Positions 39,166 through 49,024 of a stretch of 64,000 bases of DNA are shown here, piece after piece (positions within the stretch are counted from its first letter, which is position 1; each line of letters opens with the position of its first letter). The notes under the pieces were generated by a model, which worked only from the letters and a program-made list of their open reading frames with translations, ran no database searches and was not told where the DNA came from. The position numbers and the translations under genes were made by a program. This DNA is from Nitrospirota bacterium (GTDB lineage: Bacteria; Nitrospirota; UBA9217): the NCBI GenBank assembly GCA_963751455.1, contig CAVVUN010000001.1:288001-352000 (forward strand), given 5' to 3'.

Positions 39166-40521
39166 ATGAGCAGACCGATCATCGGGCCGGAGTGGTTCTT
39201 TGGCGCCGCAGCTTTGGCAGTTGGTTTGTTCATGGCCCTGGTGACGCCCCCCTTTCAGTCACCGGATGAGTTTTGTCATTTCTATCGCGCGTTCCAGTTG
39301 TCTGAAGGACGCATAATCGCGGAAAGGCAGGGCAACGAAGTGGGCGGTAATATCCCTGCTTCAGTGGTGAAGGCATTTGAACCGTTTGAACCGATGCGGT
39401 TCGAACCCATGATTAAGGTCGACACAAGCGTGGTAGCTCAACTGCTCCAGGAGCCATTCGAACATGAACCCCTTCTATGGCAGGATTTCAGAAACACGGC
39501 AATTTACACACCCGTGGCATATGCGCCGGCGATAACAGGGATATGGGCGGCAAACCTCAGCGGCTCCTCTGCGCTTAAGATGATGTATGCCGCAAGGATT
39601 GCGACCCTGCTGTTCTGGGTTGGCCTGGTCTTTGCGGCAATACGTCTGACCCCTGTATTCAAATGGGTGGCGGTTTTGATAGGTCTGCTCCCCATGCATA
39701 TCTTCGTGGCCAGCTCGTTATCTGCTGATGTCATGACGAATGGACTTACGATGTTGTTAATCGCCCTTATATTGAGGAGTGCCTTCGCCGAAAAGGGAAC
39801 TTTCAACCGGCGGGAAGGAGCATGGTTACTGATTGTCAGCGTACTCGTAGTCTTGAGTAAGCACGTATATTTTCTGCTGGCGGCGTTGGCGATAATGATA
39901 CCGACCGGGCGATTCGGGAGTATGAAAAGAAAAGCATTATATCTATCTCTCCTGGGGGCGGTTGATATTGCGGTAAACATCATTTGGGCCTGGCTGATAC
40001 AGGGGGTAGTGGTGCCGGTAGTCTGGGCAGATCCCGGCAAACAGGTGGAATTTATAATCGCCTATCCGTGGGAATACGTGAAAGTGCTGGCTACCACGCT
40101 TTCGATGTGGTGGTGGATTTACGCGCAATGGTTCGTAGGTGTTCTGGGCTGGCTGGATACGTGGCTGCCGTCGTGGGTCTATCCGTCTTATATTGCGGTG
40201 ATGCTTTGTATCGCGCTTATGGATAAAGGATCTGGAAGACCTATGAGATTGGCCGAGAGATTATTTGTTGCGGGTACCTGTACTGCCCTGCTGGTGCTTG
40301 TGTTGACCAGTCAGTATATCATGTATACTTCTCCCATGGATCCATCCATTATCGGCGTACAGGGACGGTACTTTATTCCACTGGCTATGGCTGCCTTGCT
40401 TGTGCTCTATAACCGGAAGATCAAAGCGAAAGAGGTGATGATAGGCATAGCGGTGCCTATCTTCTGTTCTATCGTGCTTGCGGTAACCTGCTATTCACTT
40501 ATCGCCAGATATTACCCGTAA
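39166..40521 (+). CDS. DUF2142-like membrane protein (GT-C-like)
   Basis: TPPFQSPDEFCHF, GVLGWLDT, GVQGRYFIP; start uncertain (39124 possible). Confidence 0.78.
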   Translation: MSRPIIGPEWFFGAAALAVGLFMALVTPPFQSPDEFCHFYRAFQLSEGRIIAERQGNEVGGNIPASVVKAFEPFEPMRFEPMIKVDTSVVAQLLQEPFEHEPLLWQDFRNTAIYTPVAYAPAITGIWAANLSGSSALKMMYAARIATLLFWVGLVFAAIRLTPVFKWVAVLIGLLPMHIFVASSLSADVMTNGLTMLLIALILRSAFAEKGTFNRREGAWLLIVSVLVVLSKHVYFLLAALAIMIPTGRFGSMKRKALYLSLLGAVDIAVNIIWAWLIQGVVVPVVWADPGKQVEFIIAYPWEYVKVLATTLSMWWWIYAQWFVGVLGWLDTWLPSWVYPSYIAVMLCIALMDKGSGRPMRLAERLFVAGTCTALLVLVLTSQYIMYTSPMDPSIIGVQGRYFIPLAMAALLVLYNRKIKAKEVMIGIAVPIFCSIVLAVTCYSLIARYYP

Positions 40522-40837
40522 CAATAAAACTGCGCGTAAAAACATCACAAAAGGCGCCTGTCTAGCGGATCACCTCATAAATATAGAGATCATCACTCGG
40601 TACACTGTCTATTTCCCGGAGGAGGCGCTCAAAGTTTTTTCCGCGCGAGAGGACATACTTAACTCCCGTTTTCCATAAATCGCCGCCATTGAGAAATAAC
40701 ACAAACCAGTCGTCCTTCAGCAGCACGAAATGTGCAGCGCTTTTGGCATATCTTGTGTTTCAAATCTCCTGGCTGGTCGTATCCTATCCCCATTGGTTCG
40801 CAGAGTATACGCTTTTTAACTATTCAGGTCTTTTTTT

Positions 40838-40914
40838 TATCCGCAGATTACGCAGATTTCTCAGATAAAAACAAAACCAGAATTCCGGTTAAAATCTGCG
40901 TAAATCTGCGGATA
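40838..40914. repeat. nonamer-periodic palindrome (TATCCGCAGATTACGCAGAT..ATCTGCGTAAATCTGCGGATA)
   Basis: Inverted 9-nt periodic arms. Confidence 0.7.
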
Positions 40915-41091
40915 GACGGGTTTTTTCTCAGATTTGTCTTAATGCCGTTCTGAAAAGAAGCTGAATGGTTACGTTTTAACGAGCTAATTGCTTTCTTGCA
41001 AATAAATTATGAATGCATTATTGTTATGCAATATGCTGATCAATTGCCTACCCGTCCTGTTGAATAAACCATATGTGCCGGAGGATGTTCG

Positions 41092-42087
41092 GTGGACAGA
41101 CTGAATAAATTTATCAGGCCGTTAGGCTATCTGCTCACTTTTGCTGCGCTTATTTACCTCGTGAATATTATCGCCCATTTCGATTGGTATTCGATGAAGT
41201 TCAAGAATTCGTTTGCATCTGTTTTCTTTACCGTGCTTTTCGGGTTTTGGGCCTCCCTGTTTCTTTTTATCGGCGCCTATAACTGGAAATTGATTCTCGA
41301 GTTTGTAAATGGAGAATCCGTCTCCACAAAAGATGTATTTCACGTCTATTTGAAATCAAATGTTGCCAAATATCTTCCCGGAAATGTAATGCATTATGCA
41401 GGCAGGAATTATCTTGGTAATAAACTCGGTTGGAATAATTCTGAAATGGCTTTCAGCAGTTTTCTGGAATTCATTTTCGGCGCCGGGTCTACCGGCATAA
41501 TAATCATCATGCTTCTCGCCCTTGGCTTTATAAATATTCCGCCGCAGATCTCGTTTACATTCAATTTCCATAAAATTGTTGGCTATTCAGCGCTCGTTGC
41601 TGCCGCCGGGCTTGTTGTCATTGGTTTGATGTATTCATACCGTTATTTTTTCTATAAGGAGCGGCTACGCGTTACTTCTCAAAAAATTTGGCACAAGGCA
41701 AAACAGTTCTTCACGGGCGCCTTTATCATATTATTTGTCAGGCTGTTCCTGATTTCATTATTTTGCTTTTTCCTGAATAGCATCTTTTTCTTTTATCTCT
41801 GTCATCTTGTATTGGATTTCCATATTCAGCCCTACGATATGTTCAATGTGTATGCTGCCTTGGGCATTGCAAACTATTCCTCTATTATCACTCCCGGCGT
41901 TCCGAGCGGACTAGGAGTCAAAGAATCCGTGTCTTTTTTGCTGATTTCCGCATATGGCTATCCCAAAGAAATGCTCTTGATGTCGATACTGGTGTATAGA
42001 GTTGCATGCATTCTGGGAGATTTACTATCCTTTTTGTTTGTGATATTCTATCCTGCAAAATGCATAGTCTCGAATGCCCCGAAATAA
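41092..42087 (+). CDS. flippase-like (LPG synthase TM / UPF0104) membrane protein
   Basis: SNVAKYLPG, PSGLGVKE, YR motifs; GTG start after GGAGG. Confidence 0.78.
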   Translation: MDRLNKFIRPLGYLLTFAALIYLVNIIAHFDWYSMKFKNSFASVFFTVLFGFWASLFLFIGAYNWKLILEFVNGESVSTKDVFHVYLKSNVAKYLPGNVMHYAGRNYLGNKLGWNNSEMAFSSFLEFIFGAGSTGIIIIMLLALGFINIPPQISFTFNFHKIVGYSALVAAAGLVVIGLMYSYRYFFYKERLRVTSQKIWHKAKQFFTGAFIILFVRLFLISLFCFFLNSIFFFYLCHLVLDFHIQPYDMFNVYAALGIANYSSIITPGVPSGLGVKESVSFLLISAYGYPKEMLLMSILVYRVACILGDLLSFLFVIFYPAKCIVSNAPK

Positions 42088-42100
42088 CCGGTGAAAAACC

Positions 42101-43843
42101 TTGGGAAATAATCCTGTAAAAAATAAAATAAAAACACCCGATAAAACCGGTCCAAAAGCGCCCCGGAAATACGCAACTCTTTTAGTACTGCCTGTCGCAC
42201 TTATTGCCGCTGTTTCCTTCGCCGTATATTTCAATGCGCTCTTTAACGGATTTGTGTGGGATGATGAGTACACGGTTGTGCAAAACACTTTGCTGAGGGA
42301 TGTAAGGAACCTGCCTGCTTTTTTTACCCAGAACGTATGGTCTCTTAAAACTGATGCAACAGGGGCTGCTTCAAACTATTTTCGCCCGATTATGAATGTG
42401 ATCTTCATGATTAATTACCACGTCTTCGGATTACAGCCATGGGGTTTCCATCTAATCAACATACTTTTTCACGCTGCAATTTCTATCCTTGTGTATCTTA
42501 TTGCTTTGGAACTGTTCAAACGAGGAAACAACACGTATGATAACTCTTCAAACGGTTTGCAAAATCAATTACTATCAATACCCTTTGTCGCAGCGGTCTT
42601 GTTTGCCGTGCATCCGGTACATACGGAGGCCGTTACATGGGTAACTGCATTAACCGAGATCTCTTACGGTTTTTTCTATTTGTTATCCTTGCTTCTCTAT
42701 ATTTATTCATCGGACAGCGGCTCCTTATTTAAGCGGACGTATCTTCTTTCGCTTTTATCATTTTTTCTTGCCGTCCTGTGTAAGGAGCCTGCCTTAATCC
42801 TGCCGGCAATCCTGATCGTTTACGACCATGCAATAATGAGAAAACCCGTTTTCTCTCTCGATTCTTTAAAGAGATATGTCCCCTATCTCCTTACGGCGGG
42901 GTGCTATTTGGTGATGAGGAGCTATGCTCTTGGTTCTCTTTTGCCTGTACAAGCACATTCTGACTTAAGCGACAGCGAGGTTGTAATAAATGCATTCCCT
43001 CTGTTCGCCGAATATTTTCGAAAACTTCTCATTCCTGCAAACCTCAATCTTCTGCATGTTCTTGATCCTATAGATTCGCTGGTTACCGTAAAGGGAATTG
43101 TTTCTTTCATTGTAGCGGTAGCATTCTTACTGTCGCTCATTTATTCCTTCAAAAAAAGCAAAGTATCCTTTTTTGCACTGATGTTCTGGTTTGTAACGAT
43201 AGTGCCGGCGCTGTATATCAGGGGAATAGTGGAGCTATCGATATATGTAAGTGAAAGATATCTATATTTGCCTTCTTTCGGTTTCGTCATTCTCCTTTCT
43301 CTTTTTCTGAAATGGGCGCAGGTGAATGTGATAAGAAGCACCGCTGCCTTCGCGGGCATTTTTTTTCTCATTGCAGGTTCGTATGCCTTCGCAACAATAG
43401 AGCGGAATGCGGTCTGGAAGGACGATTACACACTTTTTTCAGATACTGTCAAGAAATCGCCTTCGGACGAGATCGCAAATATTAATCTCGCGGGCGTGTT
43501 AAGCGACATGGGCAGGCTGAAAGAAGCTATAGATCATTTTCAAATCGCCAGCATGGCCAACCCGGACAACGTTAAAATATATGTATGGTTGGGAGATGCC
43601 TTGTTCAGGAATGGTCAAAAAAATGAAGCTATGTTTATGTACAAATTTGCGCTGGAACTGAATCCTGAGCTGCTTTCAGCCCGTAAGGGTCTTGGATTTG
43701 TGTATTATGATATGGGATTCCTGGAAAAAGCCATGGATGAATATCAGGCCGCTTTGAGATTAAAACCGGATGACGCTGACAGTCTTTTTCAGTTGAATAT
43801 GTTGAAGTCCGTTCAAAACTCTCCCACGTATTCCCGACAATAG
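42101..43843 (+). CDS. TMTC-like GT-C membrane protein with C-terminal TPRs
   Basis: FVWDD, YFRP, FHLIN, HPVHTEAV, KE, ERYLYLP, RNAVW, TPRs; start uncertain. Confidence 0.85.
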   Translation: MGNNPVKNKIKTPDKTGPKAPRKYATLLVLPVALIAAVSFAVYFNALFNGFVWDDEYTVVQNTLLRDVRNLPAFFTQNVWSLKTDATGAASNYFRPIMNVIFMINYHVFGLQPWGFHLINILFHAAISILVYLIALELFKRGNNTYDNSSNGLQNQLLSIPFVAAVLFAVHPVHTEAVTWVTALTEISYGFFYLLSLLLYIYSSDSGSLFKRTYLLSLLSFFLAVLCKEPALILPAILIVYDHAIMRKPVFSLDSLKRYVPYLLTAGCYLVMRSYALGSLLPVQAHSDLSDSEVVINAFPLFAEYFRKLLIPANLNLLHVLDPIDSLVTVKGIVSFIVAVAFLLSLIYSFKKSKVSFFALMFWFVTIVPALYIRGIVELSIYVSERYLYLPSFGFVILLSLFLKWAQVNVIRSTAAFAGIFFLIAGSYAFATIERNAVWKDDYTLFSDTVKKSPSDEIANINLAGVLSDMGRLKEAIDHFQIASMANPDNVKIYVWLGDALFRNGQKNEAMFMYKFALELNPELLSARKGLGFVYYDMGFLEKAMDEYQAALRLKPDDADSLFQLNMLKSVQNSPTYSRQ

Positions 43844-43861
43844 TGACTGGCATATAGCGAT

Positions 43862-44677
43862 ATGGAGAATAGAGAATACGGCCTGATGTACACAGTCGAG
43901 GATGACCACTGGTGGTACGTCGGGTTGAGGAAATTGGCCCTTGCCTTTATTGAAAGATCTTCCGGCAGCGGTGACGATCAAACCATACTTGATGCCGGAT
44001 GCGGGACAGGAGGCATGCTGGCCGAATGCTCTGATTACAATGCCTTTGGCCTGGATATTTCGGATGAGGCGATAAAATTCTGTAAAGTTCGCAAATTGAA
44101 AAACGTGTCCAGGGGTTCAATTTGCGATATGCCTTTTGAGGAGAATTCGTTTGATGTAGTAATTTCGCTCGACGTTCTGTACCATCTGGATGTTTCAGAC
44201 GATTCTGAAGCATTAAAAGAGTTTCACCGGGTACTCTCCGATGGCGGCACGCTCCTGCTGAATCTGCCTGCCTATGATTTCCTGAAGGGCGCTCATGATA
44301 AGGCGGTACACACACGACACAGGTATACTCTGCGCGAGGTAAAAGATAAAGTAGAAAGGGCCGGTTTTGCCGTTGAGAGGATTACATACCGCAACACATT
44401 TCTCTTTCCGCTGATTGCTTCGGCCAGGATCATGAAAAAGCTTATTTTTCGGGAAAGCGGAACGGAATCGGATGTCAAACCCCTGCCGGGCCTGTTAAAC
44501 AGGTTTCTTCGGGACGTCCTCATTTTGGAAAACAGGCTGATTCTCCGAGGAATGGATTTTCCCTTCGGATTATCGGTATTTTGTGCAGCGCGGAAAATGT
44601 CGGGAAGTTCGTCCTCGCTAGTCTGCCCTCATAAAAGTTTAAATAAAAGAAACGAGATGTCTGCGCTTGTGAGGTGA
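43862..44677 (+). CDS. class I SAM-dependent methyltransferase
   Basis: HWWY, ILDAGCGTG, DVLYH, HRY. Confidence 0.88.
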   Translation: MENREYGLMYTVEDDHWWYVGLRKLALAFIERSSGSGDDQTILDAGCGTGGMLAECSDYNAFGLDISDEAIKFCKVRKLKNVSRGSICDMPFEENSFDVVISLDVLYHLDVSDDSEALKEFHRVLSDGGTLLLNLPAYDFLKGAHDKAVHTRHRYTLREVKDKVERAGFAVERITYRNTFLFPLIASARIMKKLIFRESGTESDVKPLPGLLNRFLRDVLILENRLILRGMDFPFGLSVFCAARKMSGSSSSLVCPHKSLNKRNEMSALVR

Positions 44678-44682
44678 TATCT

Positions 44683-45618
44683 ATGAAAGATAAATCTATT
44701 TCCCTATCTATAGTCATACCCGTCTACAACTCCGAAAAAACCATTGTCCCGCTGGTCGATGCGCTTATGGATAATCTGGGACATCGATACAGGGTTGAAA
44801 TCATTCTGGTGAATGACAACTCCAGGGACCGTTCGGAAGAAGCCTGCATAGCTTTGCATGCTAAATACAAGAACAATGTGAGGTTTTACTCTTTATCAAA
44901 AAATGTGGGCGAACATTCAGCGGTTATGGCGGGACTCAACAAAACTACATCCGACTATGTCGTTGTTATGGATGACGATTTTCAAAACCCCGTAAGCGAA
45001 GTATCGAAACTCGTCGATTTTATTTTAACGGAAGAATTCGATGTCGTGTATACCTTTTACAAACAGAAGAAGCATTCCTTTTTCAGAAATGCCGGGAGCA
45101 GGTTTAACGACAAGATGGCCAATATCATGCTGCGAAAGCCGAAAGACCTCTATCTTTCCAGTTTTAAGATCATGAACAGGTTTTTGGTAAACGAGATAAT
45201 CAAGTATAAGGCCCCTTTTCCATATATCGACGGCCTCATATTACAGATCACGGACAAGATAGGAAAAACAGAGGTTGAGCATCATACCCGTCTGGACAGC
45301 ACGTCCGGATATACGATAAGGAAACTGATTTCATTGTGGCTGAACATGTTCACCAATTTCTCAATATTGCCTCTCAGATTTTCAGTTGCCTTGGGGTTCA
45401 CTTTTTCACTTTTAGGTCTCTGTCTCGGGATATTTACGGTCATTGAAAAAATTATGGATCCCTCGCTGCCGGTAGGTTTTGCCAGTCTGTTTTTTGCAAT
45501 TTCCATATTTGCCGGAGTCCAGCTTATATCTCTCGGAATTATAGGCGAGTATGTCGGCAGAGTTTTCCTGACCCTCAATAAAAAGCCCCAATACACGATT
45601 AAGAAGACATTCGAGTAG
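44683..45618 (+). CDS. GT2 undecaprenyl-phosphate sugar transferase (ArnC/GtrB-like)
   Basis: VIPVYN, MDDDFQNP, two C-terminal TM segments, GEYVGR. Confidence 0.88.
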   Translation: MKDKSISLSIVIPVYNSEKTIVPLVDALMDNLGHRYRVEIILVNDNSRDRSEEACIALHAKYKNNVRFYSLSKNVGEHSAVMAGLNKTTSDYVVVMDDDFQNPVSEVSKLVDFILTEEFDVVYTFYKQKKHSFFRNAGSRFNDKMANIMLRKPKDLYLSSFKIMNRFLVNEIIKYKAPFPYIDGLILQITDKIGKTEVEHHTRLDSTSGYTIRKLISLWLNMFTNFSILPLRFSVALGFTFSLLGLCLGIFTVIEKIMDPSLPVGFASLFFAISIFAGVQLISLGIIGEYVGRVFLTLNKKPQYTIKKTFE

Positions 45619-45770
45619 ATAAGGCCTGGGGTATTTTGTGAAAACGCCGCAAGAGATATGGATTATTTTCAATAATCATCTCACGACAATATCTTCGAAA
45701 TCAACCCTCTTTGCTCAATGCAAATGTTACGAATAGAGAGTGAAATTTTTCACATTTATCAGTATTTGCG

Positions 45771-47552
45771 ATGAAACAAACTATGGATAATTATAAAAGT
45801 AAAAGCACCATTCAAAACATTTTACATGATTACCAATATAATGCTCTGATAATTAATTGCCTGCCTATTTTATTGGGAATTGTGGCTTTTTTTCTCGTAG
45901 TTGGCCCTGAGCCATTAAAAGTTCAAAACATCGCCTGGTTAAAGGGCGGCGACCCGGGGCAATCCTATTTGGGTTGGTCTTTCTTTCGTCAATCGCCCTG
46001 GTCTTTTCCGCTCGGATCCAATCCGGCTTATGGCCTTGAGCTTAGCAGTTCTATCTTTTATTCTGATTCTATTCCGCTTCTTGCATTCCTGTTTAAACCT
46101 TTTTCCTCAATTCTTCCCACTACGTTTCAGTACTTTGGCCTCTGGTACCTTGTGTGCTTTGTGCTACAGGCTTGGTTCGCCTGGCAATTAATGGGCCTTA
46201 TAACAAAGGATGTCGCAGTACGAATTATCGCAACAGCATTTTTTCTCTTCAGCCCGACAATGTTATGGCTGATCCACGGTCAGCACGCCTTATTCGGACA
46301 TTGGCTGATACTTGCCGCTTTCTATTTATGCCTTGCGACGGATATTCACAGAAGACAATCGGCATGGATCATTATTGTAATCATATCTTCTTTGATTCAT
46401 GCCTATCTGTTTGCTATGATTCTAGCTCTTTGGATAAGCGACCTGGCGCGGCGCCTGATAGTCAAGGACTTCACGTATTTCTCTGTTGTTAGAGAGGTAT
46501 TTCTAATATTTGCCGGTGTTATCTTCGCTCTCTGGCAGGCTGGTTTTTTTCTTATTAAAACTGGTTTTGGAAGCGCTGGAGATTTTGGTTATTGGAGGTT
46601 GAATATTCTTTCCCCTGTAAACCCTGGAGCAGCGGGCCCGGCGGGGTTTGGTCTGGAAACACTTGGATCTTTAGATAATGATATCTGGTCGTATATTTTA
46701 CCTGCGCTTCCATATAGAGACGGTTCAAACGACCTGGTTTTCTTAGGTATCGGCGTGTTGATCCTAATTGTCCTGACAACGCCATATGCCGTTCGCAGAA
46801 TAAGGCACCTAAAATTTGGGCCTATGTGGATTCCGCTATCAGTTGTACTTTTGAGTCTGACAGTGTTTGCTTTGTCAAACAATGTCGCAGTTGGCAAATT
46901 TGAAATTAATTTGCCTATACCATCTGCTGTATTGAATGTGGCTCAAATGTTTCGTTGTTCTGTACGCATGTTTTGGCCGATGTATTACTTTATCTATCTG
47001 GGGGCTCTTTATCTGTTGATCAAAAGGTATAAGAGGAACATGGCACTTGTGATACTTTCATGTTTACTTGCTCTGCAGGCTGCTGATACCAGTGCCGGAT
47101 GGCTACCGATCCGTCACAGCCATACCGTTAATGCCTCAACATGGCATACACCCTTTAAATCAAGCTTTTGGGAAGCTGCGGGCAAACGCTATCGAAACAT
47201 ACGCGTGGTTTATCCAGGTCGTGTCTCGAAATATGAAGACATAGCGTACTTATCTGCAGCGCTTGGCATGGCAACCGATGCCGCTTATCTGGCTCGTTAC
47301 GATTCAAGTCGGGATAATAACGCAGTTCTCCATGCCATAGCCAGTGTAAGGGACGGGCAGTATGATGACGACTCGGTCTACATTATTTTTGATCCGGTAG
47401 CTGCTTCGTTTGCAGTTTCCTCTATTCGGGCAACTGACGATTTGATTTCTTGTATCGACGGTTTCGTTGTTATTGCACCGGGCTGGAAACACTGTTCTGA
47501 CTGCCCACAATTATCACCACTTAACAGTGTTTATACCTGTAATGAAACATAG
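45771..47552 (+). CDS. DUF6311-like membrane protein (GtrII-type glycosyltransferase candidate)
   Basis: GW.FFRQSPWSFPLG, DSIPL, FQYFG, FR...RMFWP, YLAR; follows a GtrB-like gene. Confidence 0.7.
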   Translation: MKQTMDNYKSKSTIQNILHDYQYNALIINCLPILLGIVAFFLVVGPEPLKVQNIAWLKGGDPGQSYLGWSFFRQSPWSFPLGSNPAYGLELSSSIFYSDSIPLLAFLFKPFSSILPTTFQYFGLWYLVCFVLQAWFAWQLMGLITKDVAVRIIATAFFLFSPTMLWLIHGQHALFGHWLILAAFYLCLATDIHRRQSAWIIIVIISSLIHAYLFAMILALWISDLARRLIVKDFTYFSVVREVFLIFAGVIFALWQAGFFLIKTGFGSAGDFGYWRLNILSPVNPGAAGPAGFGLETLGSLDNDIWSYILPALPYRDGSNDLVFLGIGVLILIVLTTPYAVRRIRHLKFGPMWIPLSVVLLSLTVFALSNNVAVGKFEINLPIPSAVLNVAQMFRCSVRMFWPMYYFIYLGALYLLIKRYKRNMALVILSCLLALQAADTSAGWLPIRHSHTVNASTWHTPFKSSFWEAAGKRYRNIRVVYPGRVSKYEDIAYLSAALGMATDAAYLARYDSSRDNNAVLHAIASVRDGQYDDDSVYIIFDPVAASFAVSSIRATDDLISCIDGFVVIAPGWKHCSDCPQLSPLNSVYTCNET

Positions 47553-47664
47553 TACGGCAGGAGGTCGGGTACCTCGACTGTTACATCAAATTAATTGATT
47601 TTAGCCGTAGATTATTCAATAATCTCCAGCCATGTGATACATATTTCGCCTTGTTTCCAGCCGA

Positions 47665-48810
47665 TCAATTATACCTGCCGCCCCAGAGATTCAGTTTGAT
47701 ATAAATCAATTCTCCGAATGTTCTGAAAGCATCCTTGACTGGCCTGATTTTACTTCCCTCTGAATTATACCAGTTGACCGGTATCTCCCTGATCGTCAAA
47801 TTCAATAGGCGTGCAATTGAAAGAATTTCCATATCGAAGCCGAATCGATTGACCTTCATTCGGCTGAATATCTGCCTGGCAGCTTCATGTCGGAACGCTT
47901 TGAAGCCGCATTGCGTATCATTAATGCCGTCCAGGAGAAATAATTGAATCAATTTATTTCCGAGTCTGCCGATCAGGACCCTGTAGTGCGGTTGCGTTAC
48001 CACTATATCGCTTCCGGAAATATAGCGTGAACCTATAACTACGTGGCTATCTTTAAGAATCGGATAGAACTTGTCAAATTCTTCTATGCGTGTAGAGTTA
48101 TCCGCGTCGACAAACAGGATAACCGCCCCCCGGCTATCGTCAACGCCTTTTTTGACCGCGTGCCCCTTTCCGCGGTTCGGATAATATGCTATGACGTTCA
48201 ATCCGTTTATTCTTTCTTTGAGGTTCTTCACTATACCGACAGTATTGTCGCTGCTTCCGTCATCAACGACTATTATTTGAGTGGTTATTCGCCTTTTGGT
48301 AAAATAGCTGTTAATAGACTCGAGTGTCTTCTCTATCCGACGTTCTTCATTATAAGCAGGAATAATGATACTCACATCAAAATCATATTCTTCTTCACCA
48401 GCGACATAGAAAATCCGGTCTTTGAAAGTCCAGTATTTATTCGCGAGAAAATTCCAGACTAAGACCAGTCCGGATGTGATAAGTTTCGCTGCCATGTACC
48501 ATATCGTGAGGCCGTAAACAAAAAAAGCCATACAGATTTCGGTCAGAAAAAGCCCGACAATTGATACGATAAGGAACTTTATAAATTGCTTTCTGACATT
48601 GCTGCTTTTGTTTTGGAACGTCCAGAATTTGTTCAAAATAAAGTTGTTTATTACTGCCAAAAGAAAAGATAGTGCCGTCGAAACAAGTAAATGGATGTGT
48701 AACAAATCAACAAAGAGGTACAGAGATCCGAGGTCGATTGCCGTTCCAAAGCTGCCTACGATCGCATACTTAAAAAAGGTCGCGTATGTTTTTGCTATAC
48801 TTTCTCGCAT
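47665..48810 (-). CDS. GtrA flippase + GT2 (dolichyl-phosphate glucose synthase-like) fusion
   Basis: N-terminal GtrA (NFILNKFWTF, WNFLANKYWTF); C-terminal IPAYNE, NRGKG, DAD, DTQCGFK, FDME. Confidence 0.85.
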   Translation of the reverse strand: MRESIAKTYATFFKYAIVGSFGTAIDLGSLYLFVDLLHIHLLVSTALSFLLAVINNFILNKFWTFQNKSSNVRKQFIKFLIVSIVGLFLTEICMAFFVYGLTIWYMAAKLITSGLVLVWNFLANKYWTFKDRIFYVAGEEEYDFDVSIIIPAYNEERRIEKTLESINSYFTKRRITTQIIVVDDGSSDNTVGIVKNLKERINGLNVIAYYPNRGKGHAVKKGVDDSRGAVILFVDADNSTRIEEFDKFYPILKDSHVVIGSRYISGSDIVVTQPHYRVLIGRLGNKLIQLFLLDGINDTQCGFKAFRHEAARQIFSRMKVNRFGFDMEILSIARLLNLTIREIPVNWYNSEGSKIRPVKDAFRTFGELIYIKLNLWGGRYN

Positions 48811-49024
48811 TATTCGTTTTCGACCTCGAAGAAACACAGGCTGATAAACTGCAAGCACACATTTGTAGGCGCTTTTCTGCAGGTGCGCAAGTCGGGTAAT
48901 CCTAGTTGTCTATCAAAATTTAGTGTTTTATCTTATCAAACAAGGGTTGGAAAGTCATGCAGAAAATGATGGAGTCGTGAGACCCGATTAACTCGCGAAG
49001 CGCGATTGCGCGCACCCGGCCGGA

